NCBI GenBank assembly: GCA_964423225.1
Contig: CAYREE010000005.1
Span: 1 to 37,247, forward strand
Direction: 5' to 3'
DNA from: an uncultured archaeon
Lineage (GTDB): Archaea > Altiarchaeota > Altiarchaeia > IMC4 > SCGC-AAA252-I15
DNA length: 37,247 nt
The notes below the pieces were generated by a model, which searched no databases, was not told the DNA's origin, and saw nothing but the letters and a program-made list of their open reading frames with translations. This document shows, piece after piece, positions 27,163 through 36,614 of this stretch (positions are counted from its first letter, which is position 1; each line of letters starts with the position of its first letter). The translations under genes and the position numbers were made by a program.

Positions 27163-28503
27163 TGGTTGACTCTTTAAAAATCATATTATTGGTTTTTTTT
27201 TCATTCTCAATTATCCTTTATTCATTCTATTCTGATAGTCCTGTCGAAAGAAGGCCAAACATTATCCTGATTCATGTGGATGCCTTAAGGCCTGATCATC
27301 TTGGATTTAATGGATATCCTCGTAACACCAGCCCGAATATTGACGCATTAGCCCGGGAAAGTATTGTATTTACTAATGCTTATTGTGTGTGGCCTCATAC
27401 TAGTCCCTCAGTCGCATCAATGATGACATCTCTTTATCCATCAGACACAGAAGTTTATGGTGGTATATCTCCTCTAAAAAAGGGGGTTGATACTTTGCCG
27501 GGAATATTAAGGGATATGGATTATCGGACAGTAGGTTTTGTTTCTAATGCAAACCTGGATAAGACTTTTAATTTTGACCAGGGTTTTGAAGAGTATCATG
27601 AAGTATGGCGTAAGAGAGCTGATGGTTCAAGGGATCGTTGGATTGGATATGATGCAAAAACCGTTACAAATGACATACTCTTTTGGCTGAATTGGTTTGA
27701 TAGCGAACCGTTCTTCCTATGGGCGTTCTACATTGACCCACACGGGCCATATACACCCCCCACCCCTTATGATACTATGTTTGAAAACGATATTCTTTAT
27801 AATCAGACGGTCGATAAGCTTAGACCCAAAGATATTCGAAGGTTTGAATTATACAATTCAACTAGCTTGAATCTTTATCTTCAAAGATATGATGGAGAGA
27901 TACGATACACTGATTATTGGATCGGGGAATTATTGACAAAATTGAAGGAAAAAGGATATTATGATAATAGTATCATCATCTTAACATCTGATCATGGAGA
28001 AGCGATAGGTGAAGATGGTCGCTATATGCAGCATGGTAAAAGCATACATGAACCACAAGTGAGAGTACCATTGCTAATAAGGATACCTGGCGAAAGAAGG
28101 CAGACTATTAGAAACCCAGTCTCCCAGATCGATCTGACACCCACAATCCTCGATCTTGCAGGAATTAATACTCCACCAAACCTTGCTGGTAAAAGCCTTA
28201 CACCACTCCTGGATGGAGAAGCTGATTATTGGCCGATTACGCGATATTGTGGGGATGATAGATGGGGACATGAAGATAGTCAAGGATTTATTGAGTGGGA
28301 AAACTCATCTGGTAAACCTGTCAATTAGGGGTGAAAAAAAGATTAATCCTAAAAAATTTAATAGAGACAAGTTCAAAAAGCTTAAGAATAAAATATCCTT
28401 AAGAGAAAGTGATTTTGCTTATGATGCGAAAACAAATGGTTCTATCACATATTTAGATGAGGAATCGATTAAACAACTCATGGAACTAGGATATATTGGA
28501 TGA
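27162..28503 (+). pseudogene. Membrane-anchored sulfatase-like hydrolase/transferase, frameshifted near 28220 (or an assembly error)
   Basis: PNIILIHVDALRPDHLG, DPHGPY, YDGEI, TSDHGE, IDLTPTILD in frame 27162..28328. The family-typical tail (MKIV ... LDEESIKQLMELGYI) lies in the +1 frame ending at 28503. Confidence 0.75.
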
Positions 28504-28590
28504 TAAATAAATCAGTTTGAATTCAGTTTCATCTTTTTAATATTACTGGTCTAATATTAACTTCTTAAAATAATATTCGGGGTGATTTAG

Positions 28591-29655
28591 TTGGTTAAAA
28601 AACTTTTTATTCCAGGTCCGGTCGATGTTAGTCCTGATGTAGCTGAAAAGATGGCTGATCCTATGGTAGGCCACAGGAGCAAGGAATATGCTCAACTACA
28701 CGAGAGTATGATCACTGGATTAAAGAAAATATTATTCACTGACAACAATATCTTCATTACTGCGACATCCAGTACTGGATGGATGGAGGCTGCAGTATTG
28801 AATTGTGTCGGTAAGAAGTCTTTGCACATAGTGAATGGGGCTTTTAGCAAGCGGTGGAATGGTATTGCCACAGCTTGTGGTAGACAGCCTCAGACCGTAG
28901 AGATTGATTGGGGAAATGCTGGAAAACCTGAAGATGTAGAGGATTTATGCAATTCTGGAGATTTCGAGTCCTTATTCATCACACATAATGAGACTTCTAC
29001 TGGAGCAATGACGGATCTTGAAGGATTTGGAAAGCTTTGCCATGATAATAATATGTTATTATGTGTGGATGCTGTTAGCAGTGCTTGCGGAGTCAAGATA
29101 GAGACAGATAAACTTGGTATAGATATCCTGGTTACTGGAACCCAGAAAGCCTTTGCAGTAGCACCTGGAATGGCGATGACTTGTGTTTCTGAAGCTGCTC
29201 TTGAGCGTAGCAAGGATATGCCCAATAAAGGCTATTATTTTGACTATCATGTCTATCTTAAGAAGGCAGTTAAACATAATACACCTTCTACTCCACCCAT
29301 ACCTCAGATGAGGGCTATCGACTATCAGGTCAAGAAGATCCTCAATGAAGAGGGACTGGAAAACAGGTTTAAAAGACATATTGCTTTAAGAGATGCTACC
29401 CAGGATTGGGCTAAGGATAAATGGGAGCCATTCACTCAGGAATGGTGTCTTTCTAACACTGTAAGCTGCTTTAATAACTCTCGCGACTTCGACATAAATG
29501 ACTTGAAGGCAAAGCTTAATGACGCAGGATACGAGTTCTCCAATGGTTATGGAAACCTAAAGGGCAAGGCTTTCAGGGTAGCTCATATGGGTGATAGGAA
29601 AATGGAGGACTTGAAAGAGTACTTAGCTAAGATAGATGAGATAACAGGGGCATAA
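28591..29655 (+). CDS. Class V PLP-dependent aminotransferase (alanine-glyoxylate / serine-pyruvate / phosphoserine family)
   Basis: LFIPGPV, HRS, HNETSTG, DAVSS, TGTQK (PLP lysine), TPSTP, FRVAHMG. TTG start preceded by a GGGGTGA SD. Confidence 0.92.
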   Translation: MVKKLFIPGPVDVSPDVAEKMADPMVGHRSKEYAQLHESMITGLKKILFTDNNIFITATSSTGWMEAAVLNCVGKKSLHIVNGAFSKRWNGIATACGRQPQTVEIDWGNAGKPEDVEDLCNSGDFESLFITHNETSTGAMTDLEGFGKLCHDNNMLLCVDAVSSACGVKIETDKLGIDILVTGTQKAFAVAPGMAMTCVSEAALERSKDMPNKGYYFDYHVYLKKAVKHNTPSTPPIPQMRAIDYQVKKILNEEGLENRFKRHIALRDATQDWAKDKWEPFTQEWCLSNTVSCFNNSRDFDINDLKAKLNDAGYEFSNGYGNLKGKAFRVAHMGDRKMEDLKEYLAKIDEITGA

Positions 29656-29693
29656 TCTATATTTAACCCCTGCATCATATTTTTTTTTAGAAT

Positions 29694-30638
29694 ATGGCCA
29701 AGATAGCTGCTGTCTCATGGATTCCACGGAGTCGGATGCATGTTCACGAAACTTATGTTGGACTGAAGAAGGTCAGTCTGCCGATAACTGATATAGACTA
29801 TTATAAACAATTAAGTCTCACAATTACTAAGGCGCGTGGTTTTAAAGATATTAGATTCATGCAGGAATGGAGTGGATTACATTCTTTCATTATTGATGTT
29901 CCTGATGAGGGAGTTGTTGAAAAAGCTAATGAGTTCATGACTGCGATGCAGATGATGCTTGTTGAGGATATTTTGAAGAACTGTCATACAGTAACTTATA
30001 ACCAGATAGTAAATGACATAATCCCCGTGAACTTTCACATGATAATCTTCTCGAAAACTCCACATGATATCCCTGAACATAGGAAGAAGAAGGTGGGGGA
30101 TCTGACAATACACTATGATCCAAAAAGCTATTATGAGAGCGGCACGATCACTTATGTGGAGGGAACAGAAGATCCATCTGATATGAGTCCATACATGTAT
30201 CACATCTATCAGGAGGTTGTATGCGATTTCTTGCTTGCGATGCAGAAGAAGATGATACGATTATATCATGAGACTGATATGGCGATAGAGCAGATCAAGG
30301 AGACAAAGGAACTCAAGAAAGTCCATGAGGCTATGAATATTGTGGATGATGTATTGAAGGAGGCTGCTGAAAGCTATGGGAAAATCAAGCAGGCGAGGAC
30401 TAATATGGGTTTGAAACGTGCTGCTTATCGCGAAGAACGATATGAAGGATTAGACAAGGAAGTATGTGATGCTCTCGACCTAGAATATTACTTTAAAGCA
30501 TTGATTTCAGACACTGATTATGCTATCTCACAGTGGAGTGATGTTCTCGTTGAATACATCAAGAATGTGAATGAGATGATGGATGCTAAACTCATGCTCT
30601 TCCAAGCAGAATCCGGGAAGAAGAAAGGATGGTTCTGA
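29694..30638 (+). CDS. Hypothetical protein with an alpha/beta N-terminus and a long helical C-terminal half
   Basis: 314-aa ORF with no TM, ending GKKKGWF. Confidence 0.65.
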   Translation: MAKIAAVSWIPRSRMHVHETYVGLKKVSLPITDIDYYKQLSLTITKARGFKDIRFMQEWSGLHSFIIDVPDEGVVEKANEFMTAMQMMLVEDILKNCHTVTYNQIVNDIIPVNFHMIIFSKTPHDIPEHRKKKVGDLTIHYDPKSYYESGTITYVEGTEDPSDMSPYMYHIYQEVVCDFLLAMQKKMIRLYHETDMAIEQIKETKELKKVHEAMNIVDDVLKEAAESYGKIKQARTNMGLKRAAYREERYEGLDKEVCDALDLEYYFKALISDTDYAISQWSDVLVEYIKNVNEMMDAKLMLFQAESGKKKGWF

Positions 30639-30668
30639 TTTTTTAACATATATCTCTAGTTTTTTTAC

Positions 30669-31760
30669 GTGGTTAGTAAAAATATTTTTTTATTCGGATC
30701 ATTAGTGGTAATCACATTGTTTGTCGCTGTCTTTCTTTTTAATGGATTTTCTGAGACTGTTCCAAAGGGACGTTTCACGGAGACTACGATGGATGATGGA
30801 GTTGATACATCATCATTGACTGTTATTGAGTATTCCTCTTCGATTTCCAGTTCTTCCTCATCTTCATCTTTGAATGTGAGTCCTTTTGTGTCCTCGTCTT
30901 CGACTGTTACTCTCACCTCTATGTCATCTTCTAGTTCGTCTATGACTACTACGTCTACAACCACGACCACCACTACTCTAGCGTTCTGTGCTGTTCCAGA
31001 AAATGATGGAGCGTTTTGTGGCGGGAATCAAGACTCAGAGAATATAAACTATCCCTGTATGAAGTGTGTGACTGGAGTCTGCGTTAACATAGAGCCTGAA
31101 TATAATGATATTATAGACGAATGGGTATACCAGTCATGTGCGACCATAGCATCTGGTAATTCAGAATGTGCAAGATGTGATGGCGGTATATGTTATGCCA
31201 CTCCTGATGGAACCTATTGCGGTGCTCAACAAGGATGTAAACAGTGCAGTTCAGGTGTTTGTGCACCAGCAGCTATCGGGGAACGGTGTCCGAGACTAAG
31301 CTATAACTGTGGCAGATGTAATTCAGATGGAGAATGCGCGCCTGACCCATCCACCGTTGGATTATCATGCTTTGATGGGGGTCAAGACAGTCTTTGCTGT
31401 ACATGCGATTCTAACGGAGAGCCCGACAACGAGCCATATGAAGGAGATTTTTGTGGCGCAGGCGATGATGTAAGATGCCATACCTGTCAAGCCGGACAGT
31501 GTCAGGAGATCGGGGGCATATTGAATCCACCCCCCATAATGTGCGGGGATGGAACGGACGAACAATGCCAATACTGCGACTCTGGCTCTTGTCTGGATGT
31601 AATGGACGGCCAAGCCTGTTATTACACTATACAAGATGACGATAGCTCTACAGAAGGATGGGGGCATTGTGAGAGCGGAGCATGTATATACTCAGCATCA
31701 AGCTCTTCCTCGATGACCTCGTCCACAATGGAATATGGTCCACCATCTACCGGAAATTAG
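30669..31760 (+). CDS. Membrane-anchored Ser/Thr-rich, CxxC-repeat surface protein (paralog A)
   Basis: N-terminal TM, poly-Ser/Thr stalk, about 32 Cys in C...CxxC-x2/3-GxC modules. GTG start. Confidence 0.8.
   Translation: MVSKNIFLFGSLVVITLFVAVFLFNGFSETVPKGRFTETTMDDGVDTSSLTVIEYSSSISSSSSSSSLNVSPFVSSSSTVTLTSMSSSSSSMTTTSTTTTTTTLAFCAVPENDGAFCGGNQDSENINYPCMKCVTGVCVNIEPEYNDIIDEWVYQSCATIASGNSECARCDGGICYATPDGTYCGAQQGCKQCSSGVCAPAAIGERCPRLSYNCGRCNSDGECAPDPSTVGLSCFDGGQDSLCCTCDSNGEPDNEPYEGDFCGAGDDVRCHTCQAGQCQEIGGILNPPPIMCGDGTDEQCQYCDSGSCLDVMDGQACYYTIQDDDSSTEGWGHCESGACIYSASSSSSMTSSTMEYGPPSTGN
30749..30791 (+). repeat. 43-bp direct repeat, copy 1 (encodes SETVPKGRFTETTM)
   Basis: Matches 31915-31957 at 42 of 43 positions; the single difference is synonymous (CGT/CGG). 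Confidence 0.9.
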
Positions 31761-31837
31761 TTTAAAAATAATTGGATGATCGTCTCTACTAATAGCTAGC
31801 CGAAACCTTTTTTACTTGTAGTTCCTGTTTTTTAAAC

Positions 31838-33769
31838 ATGGTTAGTCAAAAACTTGTATTCGGATCTTTAATTATTATTTCATTGTTTATTGTTGTTTTT
31901 CTGATGACTGGTTCTTCTGAGACTGTTCCAAAGGGACGGTTCACGGAGACTACGATGAACTCGGGGTATTCACCCTCTTCAACAAACTATGAATCTTCTT
32001 CCTCTACCATCTATGAGTATACAGTCTCAACGATCGAGGAGTATACTTCTTCCACGCAGTATGTCTATACTTCTTCAACGGTTACTGTAGAAACATCACT
32101 TACGACTTTGGATCCTGCCACATTCTGCGCTATTGAAGATAATGATGGAAAGTGTTGTGGTGCAGATCTTGATGAGGAAGACGAGGATTACTGTTGCATG
32201 CACTGCGCAGATGGAGAATGCAAGAACTCTAATAGCTTCTTTTATAATGGTAATTGGTTCCATATGAATTGTGGTGCATCATCCTCAACAGACAAGGATT
32301 ATTTGTGTAAACGGTGTGTTGACGGTGATTGTGCAAACTCTCCTGATGGGTTAATTTGTGGTGAGGAACGTGGTTGTAGTGAATGCAGTTCAGGTTCTTG
32401 CGAGCCTGCATTGACTTCAGGCGAGAAATGCCCTGAAAACGATTATAACTGTGGTAAATGCAATTCTGATGGTGAATGTGAGCCTGATTCAGATACTAGT
32501 GGTGAAGCATGCTTGTCGGGATATCAGGCTATTGAATGTTGTGTCTGCGATGAGGAAGGAGAGCCGAATTACAGGGATTTTGATATGGAAGACTGTGGTG
32601 ACGGTGACGACTTGAAGTGTTATTCATGCTTTAGGGGAATGTGCAATCCTAAAAACATGGATAGATCAAATGTGTATTGTGGGATGGGAAAGGATCTTGA
32701 ATGTAAATTCTGCGAAGGTGATGATGAATCAGCATCATGCTCTGGTAGTGTAGAAGACGGAGAGACATGTAGGATCCCAAGTGCTGATGATGACAGTATC
32801 TTTATCGGTACAGGTACCTGTGAGTCAGGTGAATGCGAAGATCCATGTGACGGCAAGTCTGAAGGCGATTCATGCGGTCCTGAAGGAGAAGACGAGATAT
32901 GCAGTGTATGTGCAATAGACGAAGAATCAGGCGATCTTACATGCAAGTTCAGGGATGATGTCTATGAAGATGATTCTGACCTAGAGTGTGGTGAGGAGGG
33001 AACCGATTCAAGAGGATGTAAATTATGTGCAAGAGGCGAATGCAGTAATATCGAGGTTGTTAGGAGAACAAGTCCTTTCGTACCAGACAAGCATTATTGC
33101 GGACCATCTGGAATAGACCATACCTGCAAGATATGTGGGAACGGACACTGCGGATTCAACAATGAAGTTAACTGCGGCGGAGTCTTTAATAGAGGATGTA
33201 AGATATGTGATATGGGCTCATGTCTGAATATTCAAGAAGGTCAAAATCCACTGATAATCGATGATCTTCGAAACGAGGTCCTAGAGGATTGTGCAGTCTG
33301 TAATAGTGGTACAAAATCCTATATTGAAGACGGTCTACCCTGCACTGCAGACCTGGATTATTATGATAACTGGGATCCAGGCCTATGTGGTACTTGCCAG
33401 GATTATGAGTGTCAAGTAGATGAGGGAATGGATTATTGCGGTCAGGTAGGTAATTTTTTCTGCTATGTCTGCACTGCAGGTGGTGTATGCGAACCAGCTA
33501 ATATACCCCCTAATCCACCATTTAATCCTAATCCGCCAAAAGCCAAATGCGGCGACGGAAAGGATAAGAACTGCAAGTACTGTGATGACTTCAATGACTG
33601 TGTAGACGAGTTGAATGGAAAGGCATGTCAGTACCGTATAGAGCTTGATGATGGATGGATTGACGGATGGGGCCACTGCCTGCATGGGGAATGCATTATA
33701 CCTGTAACCTCGACTAGTGGGGGTAGTCCATCTTCTACAATGGATTATACTACATCATCGACATTGTGA
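31838..33769 (+). CDS. Membrane-anchored Ser/Thr-rich, CxxC-repeat surface protein (paralog B, expanded)
   Basis: Same N-terminus, module order and C-terminal GWGHC ... SSTMxY as paralog A, with roughly twice as many modules. Asp/Glu-rich. Confidence 0.82.
   Translation: MVSQKLVFGSLIIISLFIVVFLMTGSSETVPKGRFTETTMNSGYSPSSTNYESSSSTIYEYTVSTIEEYTSSTQYVYTSSTVTVETSLTTLDPATFCAIEDNDGKCCGADLDEEDEDYCCMHCADGECKNSNSFFYNGNWFHMNCGASSSTDKDYLCKRCVDGDCANSPDGLICGEERGCSECSSGSCEPALTSGEKCPENDYNCGKCNSDGECEPDSDTSGEACLSGYQAIECCVCDEEGEPNYRDFDMEDCGDGDDLKCYSCFRGMCNPKNMDRSNVYCGMGKDLECKFCEGDDESASCSGSVEDGETCRIPSADDDSIFIGTGTCESGECEDPCDGKSEGDSCGPEGEDEICSVCAIDEESGDLTCKFRDDVYEDDSDLECGEEGTDSRGCKLCARGECSNIEVVRRTSPFVPDKHYCGPSGIDHTCKICGNGHCGFNNEVNCGGVFNRGCKICDMGSCLNIQEGQNPLIIDDLRNEVLEDCAVCNSGTKSYIEDGLPCTADLDYYDNWDPGLCGTCQDYECQVDEGMDYCGQVGNFFCYVCTAGGVCEPANIPPNPPFNPNPPKAKCGDGKDKNCKYCDDFNDCVDELNGKACQYRIELDDGWIDGWGHCLHGECIIPVTSTSGGSPSSTMDYTTSSTL
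31915..31957 (+). repeat. 43-bp direct repeat, copy 2
   Basis: Matches 30749-30791 at 42 of 43 positions. Confidence 0.9.
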
Positions 33770-33859
33770 TGAGATGATTGGATATTGGATAGCTGTCTGA
33801 ACACAACTACCAATACTCTCTTTTTTTTATTATTGCTCTATTGTAATACATAATCCATC

Positions 33860-34069
33860 ATGGTCAAGATAACAGTTGATCCTGAAATGTGTAAAGGCTG
33901 TGGAATATGCCTTGAATTCTGCCCTAAGAAAGTCTATGACTGGAGTAAAGAGTATACTGCCCGGGGTGTGAAAAACCCGGTTCCAGTAAGGATAAAAGAT
34001 TGTATTAAATGCCGGCTCTGCGAGCTTATGTGCCCGGACATGGCGATAACCGTTGAAGATGAAGATTGA
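33860..34069 (+). CDS. korD: 2-oxoglutarate:ferredoxin oxidoreductase delta subunit (2x[4Fe-4S] ferredoxin)
   Basis: CKGCGICLEFCP and CIKCRLCELMCPD; first gene of the kor cluster. Confidence 0.92.
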   Translation: MVKITVDPEMCKGCGICLEFCPKKVYDWSKEYTARGVKNPVPVRIKDCIKCRLCELMCPDMAITVEDED

Positions 34070-35219
34070 AGATAAGATACTCAGGGTCCTCGGAGGGAAA
34101 GAGCAATTCGTCCAGGGAAACATGGCATGTGTATACGGGGCCCTGCTTGCAGGCTGCAGATTCTATGGAGGATATCCGATCACACCGTCCACTGAGATAA
34201 TGGAGGGAATGTTCGAATTGATGCCGAAGATCGGCGGTACCGTCATACAAATGGAGGATGAGATTGCGTCAATAGCATCTATTATAGGTGCATCACTTAC
34301 CGGGGTCAGGTCGATGACTGCGACAAGCGGACCCGGATTCTCACTGATGCAGGAGAATATCGGATATGCATGCATGACCGAGACACCGATAGTCCTAGTT
34401 AACGTGATGCGTGGAGGACCCTCGACTGGACAGCCGACAGAACCTGCTCAAGGTGATGTTATGCAGGCAAGATGGGGGACTCATGGAGACCATGAGATCA
34501 TCGCTTTATATCCAAACTCAGTGCAAGAAACATTAGAACTAACAATAAAAGCATTCAACATGTCGGATATGTATCGCGTACCAGTCATCCTGCTTATGGA
34601 TGCTGAACTAGGCCATATGCGTGAGAAGATAACAATCCCTAATGAAGTCGAGTATGTCGGACGCACGATTGCGACAATAGAGCCTGAGAAATACATGCCC
34701 TTTAGGACAGGATATACTCGTCCGAGCAAAGTACCTGAGATGGATCATTTTGGGGGAAGTTATAAGACATATCTGACAGGATTGACGCATGACTGGTCTG
34801 GACTTCCCACGACCACAGAAGTTGAAGTGCATGAAGCATTAGTGAAACGGCTTAGAGATAAGATACTGGACAATAAAGATCATATCTGCCTGACAGAAAG
34901 CTGGAATCTGGAGGATGCGAAACATGTTGTATTATCGTATGGTATTACAAGTCGACCTGCGTTAAGCGCTGTAAACTCTTTAAGGAACGAGGGTAAACGA
35001 GCGGGATACTTGCGGCTTAAAACATTATGGCCATTTCCAGAGGATATTATAACTGAGATAGCAAAAAAAGCAGATTTGATAGTTGTCCCAGAATTGAATC
35101 TTGGACAAATCTATCATAAGGTTGTTGAAAGCGCGAGAGGAAACTGTGAAGTCAAGTTAATCTCGAAAGTTGGTGGAGCCATACACACCCCCTATGAGAT
35201 TATGGAGGTGTTGAAATGA
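34053..35219 (+). CDS. korA: 2-oxoglutarate:ferredoxin oxidoreductase alpha subunit
   Basis: GYPITPSTE, QMEDE, TATSGPGFSLMQE, RGGPSTGQPT. Confidence 0.93.
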   Translation: MKMKIEDKILRVLGGKEQFVQGNMACVYGALLAGCRFYGGYPITPSTEIMEGMFELMPKIGGTVIQMEDEIASIASIIGASLTGVRSMTATSGPGFSLMQENIGYACMTETPIVLVNVMRGGPSTGQPTEPAQGDVMQARWGTHGDHEIIALYPNSVQETLELTIKAFNMSDMYRVPVILLMDAELGHMREKITIPNEVEYVGRTIATIEPEKYMPFRTGYTRPSKVPEMDHFGGSYKTYLTGLTHDWSGLPTTTEVEVHEALVKRLRDKILDNKDHICLTESWNLEDAKHVVLSYGITSRPALSAVNSLRNEGKRAGYLRLKTLWPFPEDIITEIAKKADLIVVPELNLGQIYHKVVESARGNCEVKLISKVGGAIHTPYEIMEVLK

Positions 35220-36064
35220 AGATGCCTTCTCAAAAGACGATAAAGGAAAAATACTTTAGGAAAGAGATGTTTCCAAGCATTTTCTGTCCGGGATGTGGGA
35301 ATGGTATGATAATGAATTATACTGCGAGGGCGATAGAGAATCTGGGCATGGACTTGTCTAAATTCGTCTTTGTATCTGGGATCGGATGTTCCTCTCGGAT
35401 TCCCGCCTACTTTAATGCAAATGGTATCCATACGACTCATGGGAGAGCGCTACCTTATGCGACCGGCATAAAGCTTGCGAAACCCGACTTGAATATCGTG
35501 GTGTTCACTGGTGATGGAGACTGCATATCCATTGGAGGCAACCATTTCATACATGCGATAAGAAGGAATATCAACTTGACTGTAATCGTATCCAATAATT
35601 ATATCTATGGGATGACTGGAGGACAGTTAGCCCCGACCACACCAACAGGAAACAAGAGCACAACATCATTATACGGTTCTATCGAACATGTCATAGATAT
35701 CTCGCGGACAGCCCGAGTATTGGGTGCTCCATATGTGGCAAGATGGACTGTCGGCCATCCACACCAGGCCATCAAGTCTATTGAAAAAGCTATAACAAAA
35801 GAGGGATTTTCCCTAGTTGAAATGCTTTCACCCGGACCCGTCTGTTATGGAAAGAGAAATGTCACCCCGGACCCATCTAAACTATTAAAATGGTATATGC
35901 GGGGTACAGTGCTTTTTGATGATAAGGAAGGCAAGATGCCATTATCCCAATACTTCAAGGATATGGAGAACGAGATGGTTATCGGAGAATTCGTAGACAA
36001 GGAGAAAAAGGATTTCGGCAAATCATATATGGAATTGGTCGAGGGATTGAAGGATGAGGACTGA
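35216..36064 (+). CDS. korB: 2-oxoglutarate:ferredoxin oxidoreductase beta subunit
   Basis: FCPGCG, SGIGCS, HGRA and the TPP motif GDGD ... NN, YGMTGGQ. Confidence 0.93.
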   Translation: MKMPSQKTIKEKYFRKEMFPSIFCPGCGNGMIMNYTARAIENLGMDLSKFVFVSGIGCSSRIPAYFNANGIHTTHGRALPYATGIKLAKPDLNIVVFTGDGDCISIGGNHFIHAIRRNINLTVIVSNNYIYGMTGGQLAPTTPTGNKSTTSLYGSIEHVIDISRTARVLGAPYVARWTVGHPHQAIKSIEKAITKEGFSLVEMLSPGPVCYGKRNVTPDPSKLLKWYMRGTVLFDDKEGKMPLSQYFKDMENEMVIGEFVDKEKKDFGKSYMELVEGLKDED

Positions 36065-36614
36065 GATTCGGATAAGCGGTTTCGGAGGCCAGGGAGTAAT
36101 ACTTGCAGGGATAGTACTTGGTAATGCGGCAAGTTTACATGATGGATTGAATGCAGTGCAAACACAGACTTATGGCCCACAGGCGAGAGGGGGAGCATGT
36201 AATTCAAACGTGATTATCGGTGACGAGGAGATAAGATACCCGAGGATAATCAATTCAGATTATCTTTTAGCCATGTCGCAGATAGCATTCGATAAATTCA
36301 AGAGGAAGATAAGCGACTCGGGGGGGATGATTTTATATGATCCAGACTTGGTTGTGATAAACGATGAGGATGTTGCATACTTCAAGTCAAATAATATCAA
36401 TTTCATTGATGTCAATGCATTAAAGCTTGCTGAAGGAGTAGGCAGGAAAATTGTTGCGAACATGGTGATGCTCGGAGCATTTTCAAAAATATCAGATCTA
36501 GTAAAAATCGAATCATTGGAAAAATCTATTGGAGACATATTACCCCGGGAGAAGATAGAGATGAACATCTCTGCATTAAGGACAGGTTATGATGCTGTAG
36601 GTGCAGAGGGATGA
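36054..36614 (+). CDS. korC: 2-oxoglutarate:ferredoxin oxidoreductase gamma subunit
   Basis: SGFGGQG, QTYGPQARGG, NMVMLGA. Confidence 0.92.
   Translation: MRTEIRISGFGGQGVILAGIVLGNAASLHDGLNAVQTQTYGPQARGGACNSNVIIGDEEIRYPRIINSDYLLAMSQIAFDKFKRKISDSGGMILYDPDLVVINDEDVAYFKSNNINFIDVNALKLAEGVGRKIVANMVMLGAFSKISDLVKIESLEKSIGDILPREKIEMNISALRTGYDAVGAEG

Noticed and set aside
30749-31957. 43-bp repeat as a CRISPR repeat, att site or DGR template/variable pair
   Set aside because: Only two copies, in equivalent coding positions of paralogs, differing by one synonymous change. No cas, integrase or reverse transcriptase in the window.
30669-33769. Multiheme cytochrome or polyferredoxin interpretation of the CxxC arrays
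   Set aside because: No CxxCH motifs and no CxxCxxCxxxC spacing; the proteins look exported.
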